A stretch of DNA of 63,188 bases, the filler included, from Octopus bimaculoides (Eukaryota), in the NCBI RefSeq assembly GCF_001194135.2. It is 8 parts of 7 records of this genome, joined end to end, with 100 filler letters (N's around TTAATTAATTAA, not from the genome) between each part and the next. Parts side by side here need not be neighbours in the genome. Positions count along the whole stretch, not along the records: positions 46,046 to 51,600 come from NC_068999.1; positions 51,701 to 57,098 come from NC_068991.1; positions 57,199 to 60,886 come from NC_068991.1; positions 60,987 to 63,188 come from NC_069001.1; 4 more parts are not named here. One strand, 5' to 3'. Of this stretch, positions 49,929-62,284 are shown piece after piece. The position numbers and the translations under genes are program-made. The stretch's first letter is position 1, and each line of letters begins with the position of its first letter. The notes beneath the pieces are model-generated. The model worked only from the letters and a program-made list of their open reading frames with translations, was not told where the DNA came from and searched no databases.

Positions 49929-51252
49929 ACACAACAAATGTAATACCGACAACAACAACAAAAACATTCATTATATGTACACTAATAGACATCAATAGTA
50001 ACCTCCACTGGGGTGGTCATGGCCGGAATGCAATTGGTCAAGCAAACAGCTAGAGCGATCCTATATGGTCATACCATATGCAAGAAATAACAGCCCAAAC
50101 AGCCTACTCTTGTACAAATAGGCCACGTTGTATAAAGCTGTGTTGGGTTCATAGTACACAGGGGGAAAACGGGATGGCCGCGGTTGGAAGGCCTTTGGCT
50201 TTGAAATTTGCGTGTTCACGACTTCNNNNNNNNNNNNNNNNNNNNNNNNNNNNNNNNNNNNNNNNNNNNNNNNNNNNNNNNNNNNNNNNNNNNNNNNNNN
50301 NNNNNNNNNNNNNNNNNNNNNNNNNNNNNNNNNNNNNNNNNNNNNNNNNNNNNNNNNNNNNNNNNNNNNNNNNNNNNNNNNNNNNNNNNNNNNNNNNNNN
50401 NNNNNNNNNNNNNNNNNNNNNNNNNNNNNNNNNNNNNNNNNNNNNNNNNNNNNNNNNNNNNNNNNNNNNNNNNNNNNNNNNNNNNNNNNNNNNNNNNNNN
50501 NNNNNNNNNNNNNNNNNNNNNNNNNNNNNNNNNNNNNNNNNNNNNNNNNNNNNNNNNNNNNNNNNNNNNNNNNNNNNNNNNNNNNNNNNNNNNNNNNNNN
50601 NNNNNNNNNNNNNNNNNNNNNNNNNNNNNNNNNNNNNNNNNNNNNNNNNNNNNNNNNNNNNNNNNNNNNNNNNNNNNNNNNNNNNNNNNNNNNNNNNNNN
50701 NNNNNNNNNNNNNNNNNNNNNNNNNNNNNNNNNNNGGGCGAAGATGCATTCACTCAGCCAGTTATATCATAAAGCGCCGTTCTTGAAATCGGTCACGGAA
50801 TTGACCTGAGGAAGATTCTCTATCTCACGCCCTCTCTCTCTCCCTGTCTCCCTCCCACTCTCCTTATATGTGACATTTACTCTCTCTTTCCCTCTTTCTC
50901 ACTCTCTCTCTCTCTCTCTCTCTCTCGCTCTTTCTCTCACGCACTTTCTTTCCCTTTCTCTTCCTCTCTCCAAGACAATTCATCGAGGAATTTCTTTTTA
51001 TGTAGAACTACCGTAACAGATTTGATTGCCGTAAATTGGACCTTTAGCGGTGCAGAGAGAACTCCTCACTTTGTGTGCATCGGTGTGTGTACATACACAC
51101 ATACACAATACATACATACATACATACAAACATACATACACACACACATATACATAGATGTGTATATATATATATATATCAACAACAGTAATAAAATAAT
51201 AATAACGAGGTTTATTTCGAAGTGGCATAACATTACCTTTAATTATAAATAC

Positions 51253-51294
<42 letters not shown>

Positions 51295-51860
51295 TTTTAC
51301 GTAGACCTACACATGTTTCAACTGGACCGATTTTATATATGTATACATATATAAATATATACCTTAACACTTGAAGTTGGAAAAGCATACAATTGCCTAT
51401 TATTTGAGTGAGAGTGCACATTCGTACGTTCATACAAACATATACATACGCACTGATAGATAGACAGACAAACGGCCGCCCATAAGAACTACATACATAC
51501 ACACAAAAATAGATACATACGCACACACGTATATACATACATAGTATACATACATAGATACATAGATACACACACACATACATACATATATATATATATA
51601 NNNNNNNNNNNNNNNNNNNNNNNNNNNNNNNNNNNNNNNNNNNNTTAATTAATTAANNNNNNNNNNNNNNNNNNNNNNNNNNNNNNNNNNNNNNNNNNNN
51701 AATCTATGTATATGTTTTCAATGTGTACGAATAACAAGGAAAAAATAGTTACCAGGGTAGCAAAAATTCACATGAGTGGCAAAGATATTACAGCCTAGTT
51801 ATAAAGTTAGAAATTCCAGGGTTAAGTGAAATGGAGTCAAACGCAGGTATAATTCAAATC

Positions 51861-51900
<40 letters not shown>

Positions 51901-51904
51901 AAAA

Positions 51905-52370
51905 AATATCGGCCAGAGGGTCAAAGCGCTGTACTGTAAATCACTTATACGTGACATATGACCTGACCAATTCCCAACTGGAAGGTCAGTAGCAAGGCCG
52001 CTCTTGCGCTTCAAAGGTAAACTAAAAGTGATACAAGATTCCCTTTTCTTCCTGGGAAAACAAAGCATCAGAATGCAGAAGCTGGCACCAGTCCTGCTTC
52101 TCTTCAGTTCAAGGATTTGAGCAAACTCCACTCCAGCAACAGGACTCACTTTGTGCAAGCATGAAGACACCTTGGCAAAACGCTGCTCCTCTAAATAGAA
52201 ACCTTACCTGTCATTATGGTTCCGTAGTACGAAGCAAAGTAGGCCTTGCCGTCCACTCAAGAAAACACACAGGGAATGATCCACAAGAGTCCTCAATTTG
52301 TTCCATCTACGAAAAGGTTTGCAAGGCGCCAGCAGGCTTCAAGAGACATATTCGTGTCAATAGAGCATGA
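51905..52370 (+). mobile_element. RTE-clade LINE 3' end remnant with degenerate C2H2-like fingers
   Basis: ARPLLRFKGKLK, SWENKASECRSW...GFEQ, TCHYGSVVRSKVGLAVHSRKH, ICSIYEKVCKAPAGFKRH. Confidence 0.65.
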
Positions 52371-52687
52371 TTAACGCTTTGTTTTACGATAAGAGAATCC
52401 ATAATATATATATTTGTTATAGGATTCGATAGAATCTAGGGACATCAACAGGAACGACGTCAGAAATGGATAGGTACAATAACACAGAGTTCAAAGTGAG
52501 ACGGACAACAACGAAGGTATCAAATTTTGGAAGGATACTGCAAATGTGTAAGTACCAAATCCAATTTAAACTGTATATCCGATTCTGGGGTTGGTTCCAT
52601 CTGTGGTGTAGTTATAAAAAGAGAACAGAAATGAGGTTTAAAAATTACATCATAACATACAATCCACTATCTTCAGATAAAATTTTA

Positions 52688-53091
52688 GGCGTAGGAGTGG
52701 CTGTGTGGTAAGTAGCTTGCTTACCAACCACATAATTCCGGGTTCAGTCCCACTGCGTGGCACCTTGGGCAAGTGTCTTCTACTATAGCCTCGGGCTGGC
52801 CAAAGCCTTGTGAGTGGATTTGATAGACGGAAACTGAAAGAAGCCTGTCGTATATATGTATATATATATATATGTATGTGTGTGTATATGTTTGTGTGTC
52901 TGTGTTTGTCCCCCCAACATCGCTTGACAACCGATGCTGGTATGTTTACGTCCCCGTAACCTAGCAGTTCGGCAAAAGATACCGATAGAATAAGTACTAG
53001 GCTTCCAAAGAATAAGTCCTGGGGTCGATTTGCTCGACTAAAGGTGGTGCTCCAGCATGGCCACAGTCAAATGACTGAAACAAGTAAAGGA

Positions 53092-53095
<4 letters not shown>
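52688..53095 (+). mobile_element. Full-length tRNA-derived CORE-like SINE family B with internal TA/TG microsatellite
   Basis: Head ggcgtaggagtggctgtgtggtaag...gggttcagtccc, CORE-like ggcaccttgggcaagtgtctt, 3' end cagtcaaatgactgaaacaagtaaa then (GA)n. Confidence 0.88.
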
Positions 53096-53138
<43 letters not shown>

Positions 53139-54329
53139 AGTAAGATGTGAAGCTGAGATAATCTATTGATCATGACTAATCTAGTGAACATCGTTGGATA
53201 AATGGACTTATCTCAGATGCGACGATATATCTCATCTATAAAGAGCGCTAATCAGGACGAGGACTTAGCTCCTAAATACCTGACCAATAAGAAAAAAAAC
53301 AGGGTTGATTCCAGTCCACGGTACTGGTATATAAATGTCGCCTGTAACATGCCAATGTGGAAGATATCACAAATCTTAACAGGCTTTGCCACTCACAACG
53401 AATCTCTTCTACATGTAATGACATTGTTGCCAAAAACTGTTCACAATATAGTTTGAGCAAGGATTTTCCGAACGGTTATACCAAATAAATGCTTGAATCA
53501 ATTAATCTACATCAGTGAAAATAATGAATATTGATGGAACCTCTATATAATAATAACCACTATAAATGTTTATTGGTTGGTTGGTTGGTGGTTGATTTCT
53601 CTAGTTCGTCTTTACATCGTTTGGAGAGATGTAGTGGGAGGGAAGAAAGCGTGGAAAAGAAAGACAAAGAGTGATAACATACAAAGAGCATGATCGATGC
53701 ATATTCTAAGATTAGAGGCAGGCAATGTGTTATGTCTCAAGCTACTGCTATGTAGCACCTTCGGATGATCTTTACTCAACCGCTACACGATGGCTACTTA
53801 ACTCTCTACCACGGCTAGACTACATCTATTTATATGTCTTGGGCGATCCTACTTCTTCGCTTGAGGCGTCGACACAACACAATGAATGAAAGAACGCTTA
53901 GCATACACTCACAGTGAGAGAGAAAGTATCACAGAGGCAGAAGAGGGTAAGAAATGAATGGTTGAACGACGTGAGATATACAAATGGAAGCTTTGTTTTT
54001 TTTTTTCAGTTGTATATTGATTAATTTAATGTTTTAGTTTTTGGAAAATTTGTATTCATTTCATCTGTTGCATTTAAGGATAGTCATTTCTTTTTTCCCC
54101 AAATATTCACACGCACTATATATTCGTTCTTCACTCGTTTATTACTGTTCTTATTTTAACTCATGTTCATTGTCCAGAAATCTTGCGTCACACATCTGTA
54201 ATCTTTCCAGTGACACTTTCCGACCTCGTATGTGCTCCTGCTCTGCTTAATTCCTGGTATTACCCATGGTGGAAAAAGTATACTTCCAAAGTTACTCCTC
54301 ATATACACTTGGTGATATTCAAAGAAATG

Positions 54330-55190
54330 AAAGCAGTGAGATGGCAAAACAGTTAGCATGTCAGGCAAAATGCTTAACGGCATGTCGTTCGCCTTTACAC
54401 TTTGAGTTCAAATTCCACCGAAGTCGACTTTGTCTTTTAGTCTTTCGGGGTTCATAAAATAAGCGGCTTAATCTCTTCCCTGAAATTGTTGGCTTTGTGC
54501 CAAAATTTCAAAGAATTATATATGATAAAAACCAGAAATCCAGTATAGGCTCAACACATTTCTAAGACGGAGATAAAATCAATGAACCGTTGCTGGGGGT
54601 CTTCTGTTTCGCGGATTATTAATGCCTCGTTTAATGTCGTTGGGTGAATAAACAACATCTGGTGAACTACAGCAAAATTTACAGCTCTTTTATTGGATAA
54701 AGGACTAAAAAACGTTATTATCAAAGTTATAGAGGATTCTGTGACTGTATCTTTTAGTATTTGGGATCACTTTTAAAGGCGGCAGGCTGACAGAATCGTT
54801 AGCACACCGGACAAAATTCTTAGCGGTATTTCGTCCGTCTTTACGTTCTGAGTTCGAGAGCTACCGACGCCAATTTTGCCTCTCATCCTTTCGGGGTTGA
54901 TAAAATAAGTACCATTTGAATACCGGGGTCAATGTAATCGACATACCTGGCCTAGTTTCAAAATCTTAAACCAGAATTGTTCATCTTTTTAAAGACGGGG
55001 AGCAGGCAGAATCGTTAGCGCGCCAGGCAAGATGCCATCATTATGTTGTGTGTTCAAATCCCTTAGAATCCGACTTCATCCATCGTCTTTCATCCTCTCA
55101 GGCACCAGTTCAGCACAGGGGTCGATATTATCAACTTGAACCTTCTCTCGTAATTGCTAGCCTTGTGCTAAAATTTGAAACTAATATTTT
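54330..55190 (+). mobile_element. Three SINE family A copies (54330-54510, 54778-54975, 54995-55190)
   Basis: Family A head and body motifs. Confidence 0.8.
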
Positions 55191-55242
55191 GATCTCTTAC
55201 TTGAACTGAGGCCATGCTGGGGCACCACGTACTAGCATACTG

Positions 55243-55500
55243 AGTTTCCTCGCATGCCTCAGTGGTTAGAGCGTCGGGCTTCAATCATAAGCTAGTAAGA
55301 TCGATTCCCGGACCGGGCTGTATGTTGTGTTCTTGAGCAAGACACTTTATTTCACGTTGCTCCAGTTCACTCAGCTGTAGATGCGACGTTACTTATGCCA
55401 AGGTATATAGCTCTTGCCCCCCTTCGATAACATCGGAAACGTGGAGAGGGGAGGCTGGTATGCATGGGCGACTACTGCTTTCATATATTCGGGATGTCGA
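55243..55500 (+). mobile_element. tRNA-derived CORE-like SINE family C
   Basis: A-box cagtggttagagcg, B-box-like gatcgattccc, CORE-like gtgttcttgagcaagacacttta. Confidence 0.7.
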
Positions 55501-56071
55501 CGATCGCCCTGAACGAGATTGGTCTTTAAGCGACAAGGAATCATTCTTAAAGCGTAAACTTGTGTTTCATTCATGGCAGCACTGTCATATGCTGTTTGAA
55601 ACATGACAACTGTTTCAGCCACCGTTTTCCGCAGCAGAAAACAATTTCACGGAAGCACGCTGTTCCTTCATTCCAGCCATTGCAAAAATCGACCAACAGA
55701 GAAGAAGCATTGCAAATTAAAGACGTACAATGTTGCATTACTAGCTCACCCGAAGCTGCTGATCGGCAGATTGATGCCTGAGGATCGCATCCATCTGTTT
55801 CTAGCGGCGGAAGCCTGAACTACAACGGGCTTGTCCCACAGAAAACGTTTCCGGTTACTTTTGGGTACCTCCTCGTATATGTATGTGCATACGTTCATGA
55901 AGATGTTCTATTCCATTTGAATTTCCTGGAATTTACGCAAGGACAATCACGTGCGTATGACATAAACATGTCTACTAAAGAAACATACACACACACCTAA
56001 TGTGCGTAAATACTTTTAGATAAGTGCTTATACATATGTATGTTTAGGTGTATGTATGTACATATGCATGT

Positions 56072-56127
<56 letters not shown>

Positions 56128-56457
56128 ATGTATATAAATATCGATGCACACACACAGAGATACACACTAACTCACGCGCGCATATACACACATATACGTA
56201 TGCACACACGATAGCTCACTTATTCGCAAACAAAAGTGCTTTGTTATTGTCATAGTGACCGATACAAATTCTACCGTGGGAACTTAAATAAGCTAAAAAT
56301 ACAAACATAAATACACACACACACATACGCACACACGCACACACACACATGGAAACACATACATATACATACATAAATACATACAGGTACACACGCATAT
56401 ATGCATACACACTGCATACATACTACATACATAAATTCATACATACCAACACACACA

Positions 56458-56522
56458 CACATAAATAATATTTACATAAATAGAAAATAATATTTTCTAT
56501 TTATGTAAATATTATTTATGTG
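56458..56522. repeat. Perfect AT-rich palindrome, 32-bp arms with a 1-nt spacer
   Basis: cacataaataatatttacataaatagaaaata-a-tattttctatttatgtaaatattatttatgtg. Confidence 0.95.
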
Positions 56523-56854
56523 GTATATATTGACTAAATTTGACTGAAATTGGTGGGTGGGCGTTTGGCCAATCAGATTCACAAGGAACCATGAAAGCAT
56601 CGATTTGTGAGTTCGATACTGCCTGAGGGTTAACTCATCATTTTTCAGTTATTTGTTTATATTTAAAAATTGTCGCTTCAAATCGGATAATAAATATCAT
56701 TATGATATCTATAATGTAGAGTTATTATATATCTATGTATGTATATATATATTCATTCAAATTATATATGTACACGCATACATACAGATACATAAATATG
56801 CTGAAATCCATTCATTTATTCATAGAAATATCAATTTCAAATGTCAGCACACGG

Positions 56855-57034
56855 CCCACAAGTTCGAGGGACGGGATAAATCGGTTAGATGCAAACCAGT
56901 GTTCAACTGGTACTTATTTTTTCGAAATAAGTACTTTCATCCTAGAGGATGAAAGGCGAATTTGAACTCAAGACGGAAGAACTGCCGCTAAGCATTTTAC
57001 CCGGCGTGCTAACGATTCTGCCAGCTCACCGCCT
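56855..57034 (-). mobile_element. SINE family A copy
   Basis: Reverse-complement family A head ending ...gccagctcaccgcc. Confidence 0.85.
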
Positions 57035-57057
57035 TACATACAGAGAAAAAAAAAAAA

Positions 57058-57098
<41 letters not shown>

Positions 57099-57199
57099 NN
57101 NNNNNNNNNNNNNNNNNNNNNNNNNNNNNNNNNNNNNNNNNNTTAATTAATTAANNNNNNNNNNNNNNNNNNNNNNNNNNNNNNNNNNNNNNNNNNNNG

Positions 57200-57736
57200 A
57201 CACAGACGTCGCGGCTCACCGTAGACCACGTTTTACCAGGTTTTTCGAGCCAACAACGAGCAGACATTGCGAATCAAATGATAGCGAAAGATACACAGAC
57301 GTCGCGGCTCACCGTAGACCACGCTTTACCACGTTTTTCGCGCCAACAAGAAGCAGACTTACCGATTCACCAAACTCAACCGATAACGAAACGGATACAG
57401 ACGTCTACGCTCACCTCAGACCAGGCTTCACCAGCCAGTTTCGGGGAACACAACCCGAACTGTATCAATATTTATGTTCCACTGCAGGTCAATGCCCATC
57501 AACCACATCAAATCCCCACAAATCAAACCCCAACGAGAAACAAAACGTACACCACTACTTTCGGTCAGCCACATATCAGATTCCACAATCAACCTCCGCG
57601 CAATTTATATGAGGATCCCCCAGATATTAGTGAGCGCTTCAGACGAAACCATCCCAGTTTTTACCAAGAAAATCCACCAACTAGAAACCAGAGAGATGAG
57701 AGAGAATCATGTATAAACCCTGTTTGGCGGTATTAG
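57200..57736 (+). CDS. Putative terminal coding exon, unknown Pro/Thr/Gln-rich protein with internal repeats (paralog 1); 5' end hidden in the gap
   Basis: Frame open from the gap edge (TQTSRLTVDHVLP...) to TAG at 57734-57736. 93- and 102-nt in-frame repeats. About 54% identity (43/79, hand count) to paralog 2. Confidence 0.5.
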   Translation, partial: TQTSRLTVDHVLPGFSSQQRADIANQMIAKDTQTSRLTVDHALPRFSRQQEADLPIHQTQPITKRIQTSTLTSDQASPASFGEHNPNCINIYVPLQVNAHQPHQIPTNQTPTRNKTYTTTFGQPHIRFHNQPPRNLYEDPPDISERFRRNHPSFYQENPPTRNQRDERESCINPVWRY

Positions 57737-57933
57737 CTCTTTTGTACGAATTTAATCCACCGGAAAAGTGTGATAAGTGTCGTCTTAGTCCGCCTTAGAC
57801 AAGATTACAGCCGTAACATCCCAATCTACGACTTACCAGATACCAACAGAGATCAAAATCTTTCATTAACTGATTCACGTGATATATATACATACATATA
57901 TGTGTGGGTGTACGCGCGTACGCTTAATTATGT

Positions 57934-58023
<90 letters not shown>

Positions 58024-58338
58024 GTGTATTTCGATATTTCACTGTGTATGATGTATCTATAGTTCAGTATGCGGGACCTGTTAGATTGGTGTTCTCCCAG
58101 TGCATCGATCTGGACTACCTACAATCTGCTCAGCCTAAATAAATATATAATAGATATTAAAAACTCACCCCACTCGCTTTCGTTCGACATTGCCAAATTT
58201 GTCATGGATAATCAGTGTATATAAATTTTGTTACTGTGCAAAAATAGTGTATATTTCAGTGTGTATATATCGTTATGTTTCATTTTGTATTCGGTGTGTA
58301 GTTCTCTCAGTGCCAGGGTCGATCTTGGAATGTTTCAG

Positions 58339-58934
58339 GCAAAACAAAGTCAGAAGGAACTAACACTGACCAAGAGGAACACGTCGATAACTATCCCAGT
58401 CACCTCAAATCACCAATGCCTCACACGGTCGAAGCTTCAACGGTCACTCCAGACCAACATAGACCAGATTCCAAGAGCCACTTGAAACCAACACAATCAC
58501 CAAAACTCAATACTAACCAAGCCCCAGCAGTTTCTTCGGGCCTACAGAGAGTTGACTTTCCGAATCGTAACAATAAATCGGTGACTGCAATGGCCCAGAA
58601 TTCTCAACCCAGTACAAACCAAACATTACCAATCACTTTCGAAGAACACGGCCCAAAATGTATCAGTATTTCTCTTCCACTGAATGTCAATTTCCAACAA
58701 CCACCTAAAACTACTACACATCAGGCACCAACTAAGAACAACAAAGGTTACACCACTGCTATCGGTCCGCCGTATATCACGTTTTTCAATCCACGTCAGC
58801 CCACTTTGTATGAACGTCCCCACCCAAATATCTGCGAGCGCTTTTGTCGAAACCATCCTAGTTTCGATGCAGTTCTGTCAACGCAACACCAGAGTGATAA
58901 CACTAAACATATGAATCGAAAGTGCCAGTATTAG
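58339..58934 (+). CDS. Putative terminal coding exon, unknown protein (paralog 2)
   Basis: Frame open 58302-58934. Acceptor tttcag|GC at 58338/58339 (alternative ttctctcag at 58310). Shares FxEHxPxCIxIxxPLxVN, YTTxxGxPxIxFxN and ERFxRNHPSF with paralog 1, and the same Y-stop. Confidence 0.5.
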
Positions 58935-59077
58935 CTCATGCCAACTTAATTCACCATAGACTAACGATCAACATTCGTCTAGATCCGCCACAGACCAGAT
59001 TAAAGCTTCAGTCCATTATGTATCATACGCCAACAGAAACCAAAACCAAGAGCATTTATACATACATACATACATAC

Positions 59078-59167
<90 letters not shown>

Positions 59168-59974
59168 GACTACATTCTACTAGAACCAGAGCTAACAATT
59201 CGTCTTGATCTACTAAATGAGAAAATGAATACAGCTCAACACATGTAACTCAAATGAACAATTACGCCTTATGCTGAAGATGCTTGGAGATGTATTATAT
59301 ACTTCAATAAGTAGGTAGCTAGTTACGAATTATTCAATAGTTAGCGCATTCAATAATGTTCGTAAAGCAAAAACTGTCTTCGTCAACGTTAAGCTTTTCA
59401 AATACATGATATACTGTACCAGAATAAAATACTCATGGTGAACCAACTTCCAACTCATTGGTCATTACATTGTTCCATGTCCTATCCACGAATCCTGCAG
59501 TTGAATGTCTCCTTAATGTAAACTTAGCGTGACGTACGGGCGCTATATGCAGAATTGCTTTCCTTTTGAAAAGCTGTGTTGTTTTCATTAAGGTCGCACG
59601 CTGTTTACATGAAGAGGTGCATGGTTGAGCTTTACAGAAACCTTACTTAATTTATATCAATAGATGTGTTATTGATTTGTAAACATGTACCACAGCCCTT
59701 CACTAGGGGGCCCATTATAGGCTTTTATTACAATCCAATTAACTTATAATTTTACTGGATGTTCGTTTAACATATATGCAAAGTGTCAAGATTGGTTCAC
59801 TGGTGAAGGCATCAAGATGGTAACAGACAAACAGATAGACAGATCAAACTGTCAAAAATTGCCATTTATGTAAGAGATATATATTTGACTGCGGCCATGC
59901 TGGAGCACCGCCTTTTGTCGAGCAAATCGATCCCAGGCCTAGTAAGCCTAGTACTTATTCTATCGGTTCTTTTG

Positions 59975-60296
59975 CCGTGAGGAGGGATCCGGTTTCCAAC
60001 AAAGATACAAGGCTCCATCTTTGGGATGTAGTTATAACAAAAAAAAATTCACATTTGGAACTTGAGAAAAGTCTTGCATATTTTTACTGTTCCACTCACA
60101 GATTGTACTTGTGCGAATTAACCGGTCAATTTCTCTTTCTGAAAACCCCAGTTTATCCAGATTCTCCTTCAAGCATTTACTTACAAAACAGTCCTCCAAT
60201 TATTATTGGTATGAATATCAATTAATAGTCTGGATATAGAAGGTGGAGGTTTCGAAGCCGATGCTCAAAGAGATCCTCTTTTGCTTTGATTTTTCA
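59975..60296 (-). mobile_element. R4/Dong-like RLE C-terminus and 3' UTR (same family as 12056)
   Basis: LRNLHLLYPDY..IFIPIIIG, VSKCLKENLDKLGFSEREIDRLIR, QSVSGTVKICKTFLKFQM* (stop at 60049-60051). Confidence 0.8.
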
Positions 60297-60837
60297 AGGA
60301 GATATGTATGTATGTATGTATGTATGCGTGTAAGTATGTATGCAACTGTGTTCCTGTTTATGTATATAAATATAAATCTCTGCGTCAAACAGCGCTACAT
60401 AGTTTTATTTACGCTTCGAATACGATGTAAGACAGTATGTAGGTAATGTGTCGGATTCTGATGTCTCATATAATATCTAGTATTATATAATAACTGAAAC
60501 ATCATAGTATATTTTATGATCTGAAGATAAAAAAAAGAGACGTTTAACGTCTAGATCGGTAGAATTTCGATAAAAAATAAACCGATAAAATTACTATTTC
60601 GCTACCAGCTAGCGTATATCTTAAAAAATGAGTAAACAAACGTTTCTCAGCATGGCAGCAATCAGAAGATGTATGTATGTAGGTATGCATGTATATATGA
60701 GTATATGTGTGCGTACGTGTTTGTATGTATATATGTTAGTTTTTATGTATGCATTTATATACATATATATATGGAAGTATGTGTGTGTGTGTGTGCATGT
60801 ATTTATATACATCCATGTATGTATATACATACATATT

Positions 60838-60886
<49 letters not shown>

Positions 60887-61177
60887 NNNNNNNNNNNNNN
60901 NNNNNNNNNNNNNNNNNNNNNNNNNNNNNNTTAATTAATTAANNNNNNNNNNNNNNNNNNNNNNNNNNNNNNNNNNNNNNNNNNNNATATATATGCATGT
61001 ATACACACATATATGTATATACTTTCATCTACATGTGTATATAGATGCATATCAGGGTACAGGACGTTAGAACAATGAACTACAGACAACGGAAAACAGA
61101 AAGCCACTTGGAATTATTCATCAGCTGCCTCTATTCTAACTCGACGTTTCGAAGATAATATATATATATATACACAC

Positions 61178-61214
<37 letters not shown>

Positions 61215-61219
<5 letters not shown>

Positions 61220-61710
61220 CTCGGCCGCATTTGAACGCAGAACGTAAAGATGGACGAAACACCGCTAAGCATTTCGTCCTGCGTGCTAGCGATTCTGCCA
61301 GCTCGCCGTCTTCTTACCCATTATGATAAGGGTTTCAAATTTTGCTACAAGGGCAGCAATTTAAGGGGAGGAGATGTTCAACTGGTACCCCGGAAGGGTG
61401 AAAGGCCAAGTCGACTTCGGCGGAATTTGAACTCAGAACGTAAGAACAGACGAAATGCTTAGCGGCATTTCGTCCTGCGAGCTGACGATTCTGCCAGCCA
61501 GCCGCTCTATTAATAATCATAACAATCCTTTCTGCTGAAGGCACAAGACCTCAAAATTGTGAGAAGAGAGCCAGTCAATTATATCGACTCCAGTGCGCAG
61601 CTGGTACTTATTTCATCGACCCCGATTGAGTGAAAGCAAAGTCTACCTCGGAAAAATTTGAACTCAGAACGTAGCGGCAGACGAAATAGCACTAAGCATT
61701 TCGTCCTACC
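61215..61710 (-). mobile_element. Three head-to-tail SINE family A copies
   Basis: Reverse-complement heads at about 61305, 61500 and 61710. Confidence 0.85.
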
Positions 61711-61719
61711 ACTTAATTC

Positions 61720-62005
61720 ATAACAACAACATCAAGAACAATAATGCCCCCTCTGAGAATAAGAACTACAATAAACACAACGCCCTCTCTATGATAGCAA
61801 CAACAACAACAACACCGACTATATCTCGCCGCACCCCTGTCTTCTAAATCCTATAATAGCAACCATAACAAACAATAATAACATTAGACCCCGATTTTGA
61901 AAAACAACAAAACAGCAACAACAACAGCAACAACAACAATAACCAATAACATCACCGTCATTAGCAGCAACAACCACCACAACAACAACAACAGCAAGAA
62001 ACACA
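61720..62005. repeat. (AAC/AGC)n-rich low-complexity tract
   Basis: Directly visible. Confidence 0.85.
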
Positions 62006-62236
62006 GGTGTTGGAAATTTAAAGACCTTAAAAGTTTCTCTTAAAAAATACCCCTTCTACCCTGGTGGTCTGTAAGGTATGGGGGTGTATCACTGGTTGAG
62101 GTTTTATATGGGAACTGAGCATTATTATGGCTAAGTTAAGGGCGTTAATGGGGCCCCACCACTCACACACATCACATAAATATAAACATAAACATAAATT
62201 TATGTATATGCATATATATATGTATGTGAATGTGTA

Positions 62237-62284
<48 letters not shown>

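Noticed and set aside
55619-55860. Unique-looking GC-richer stretch after a tgtttcag acceptor as part of the unknown gene
   Set aside because: All three frames hit stops within 35-70 codons, and there is no convincing donor or homology to the paralog pair.
61110-61156. Type II hammerhead (GAAACGTC...CTGATGA on the minus strand)
   Set aside because: The segment between the cleavage triplet and the core cannot form stem I, and stem II pairs poorly.
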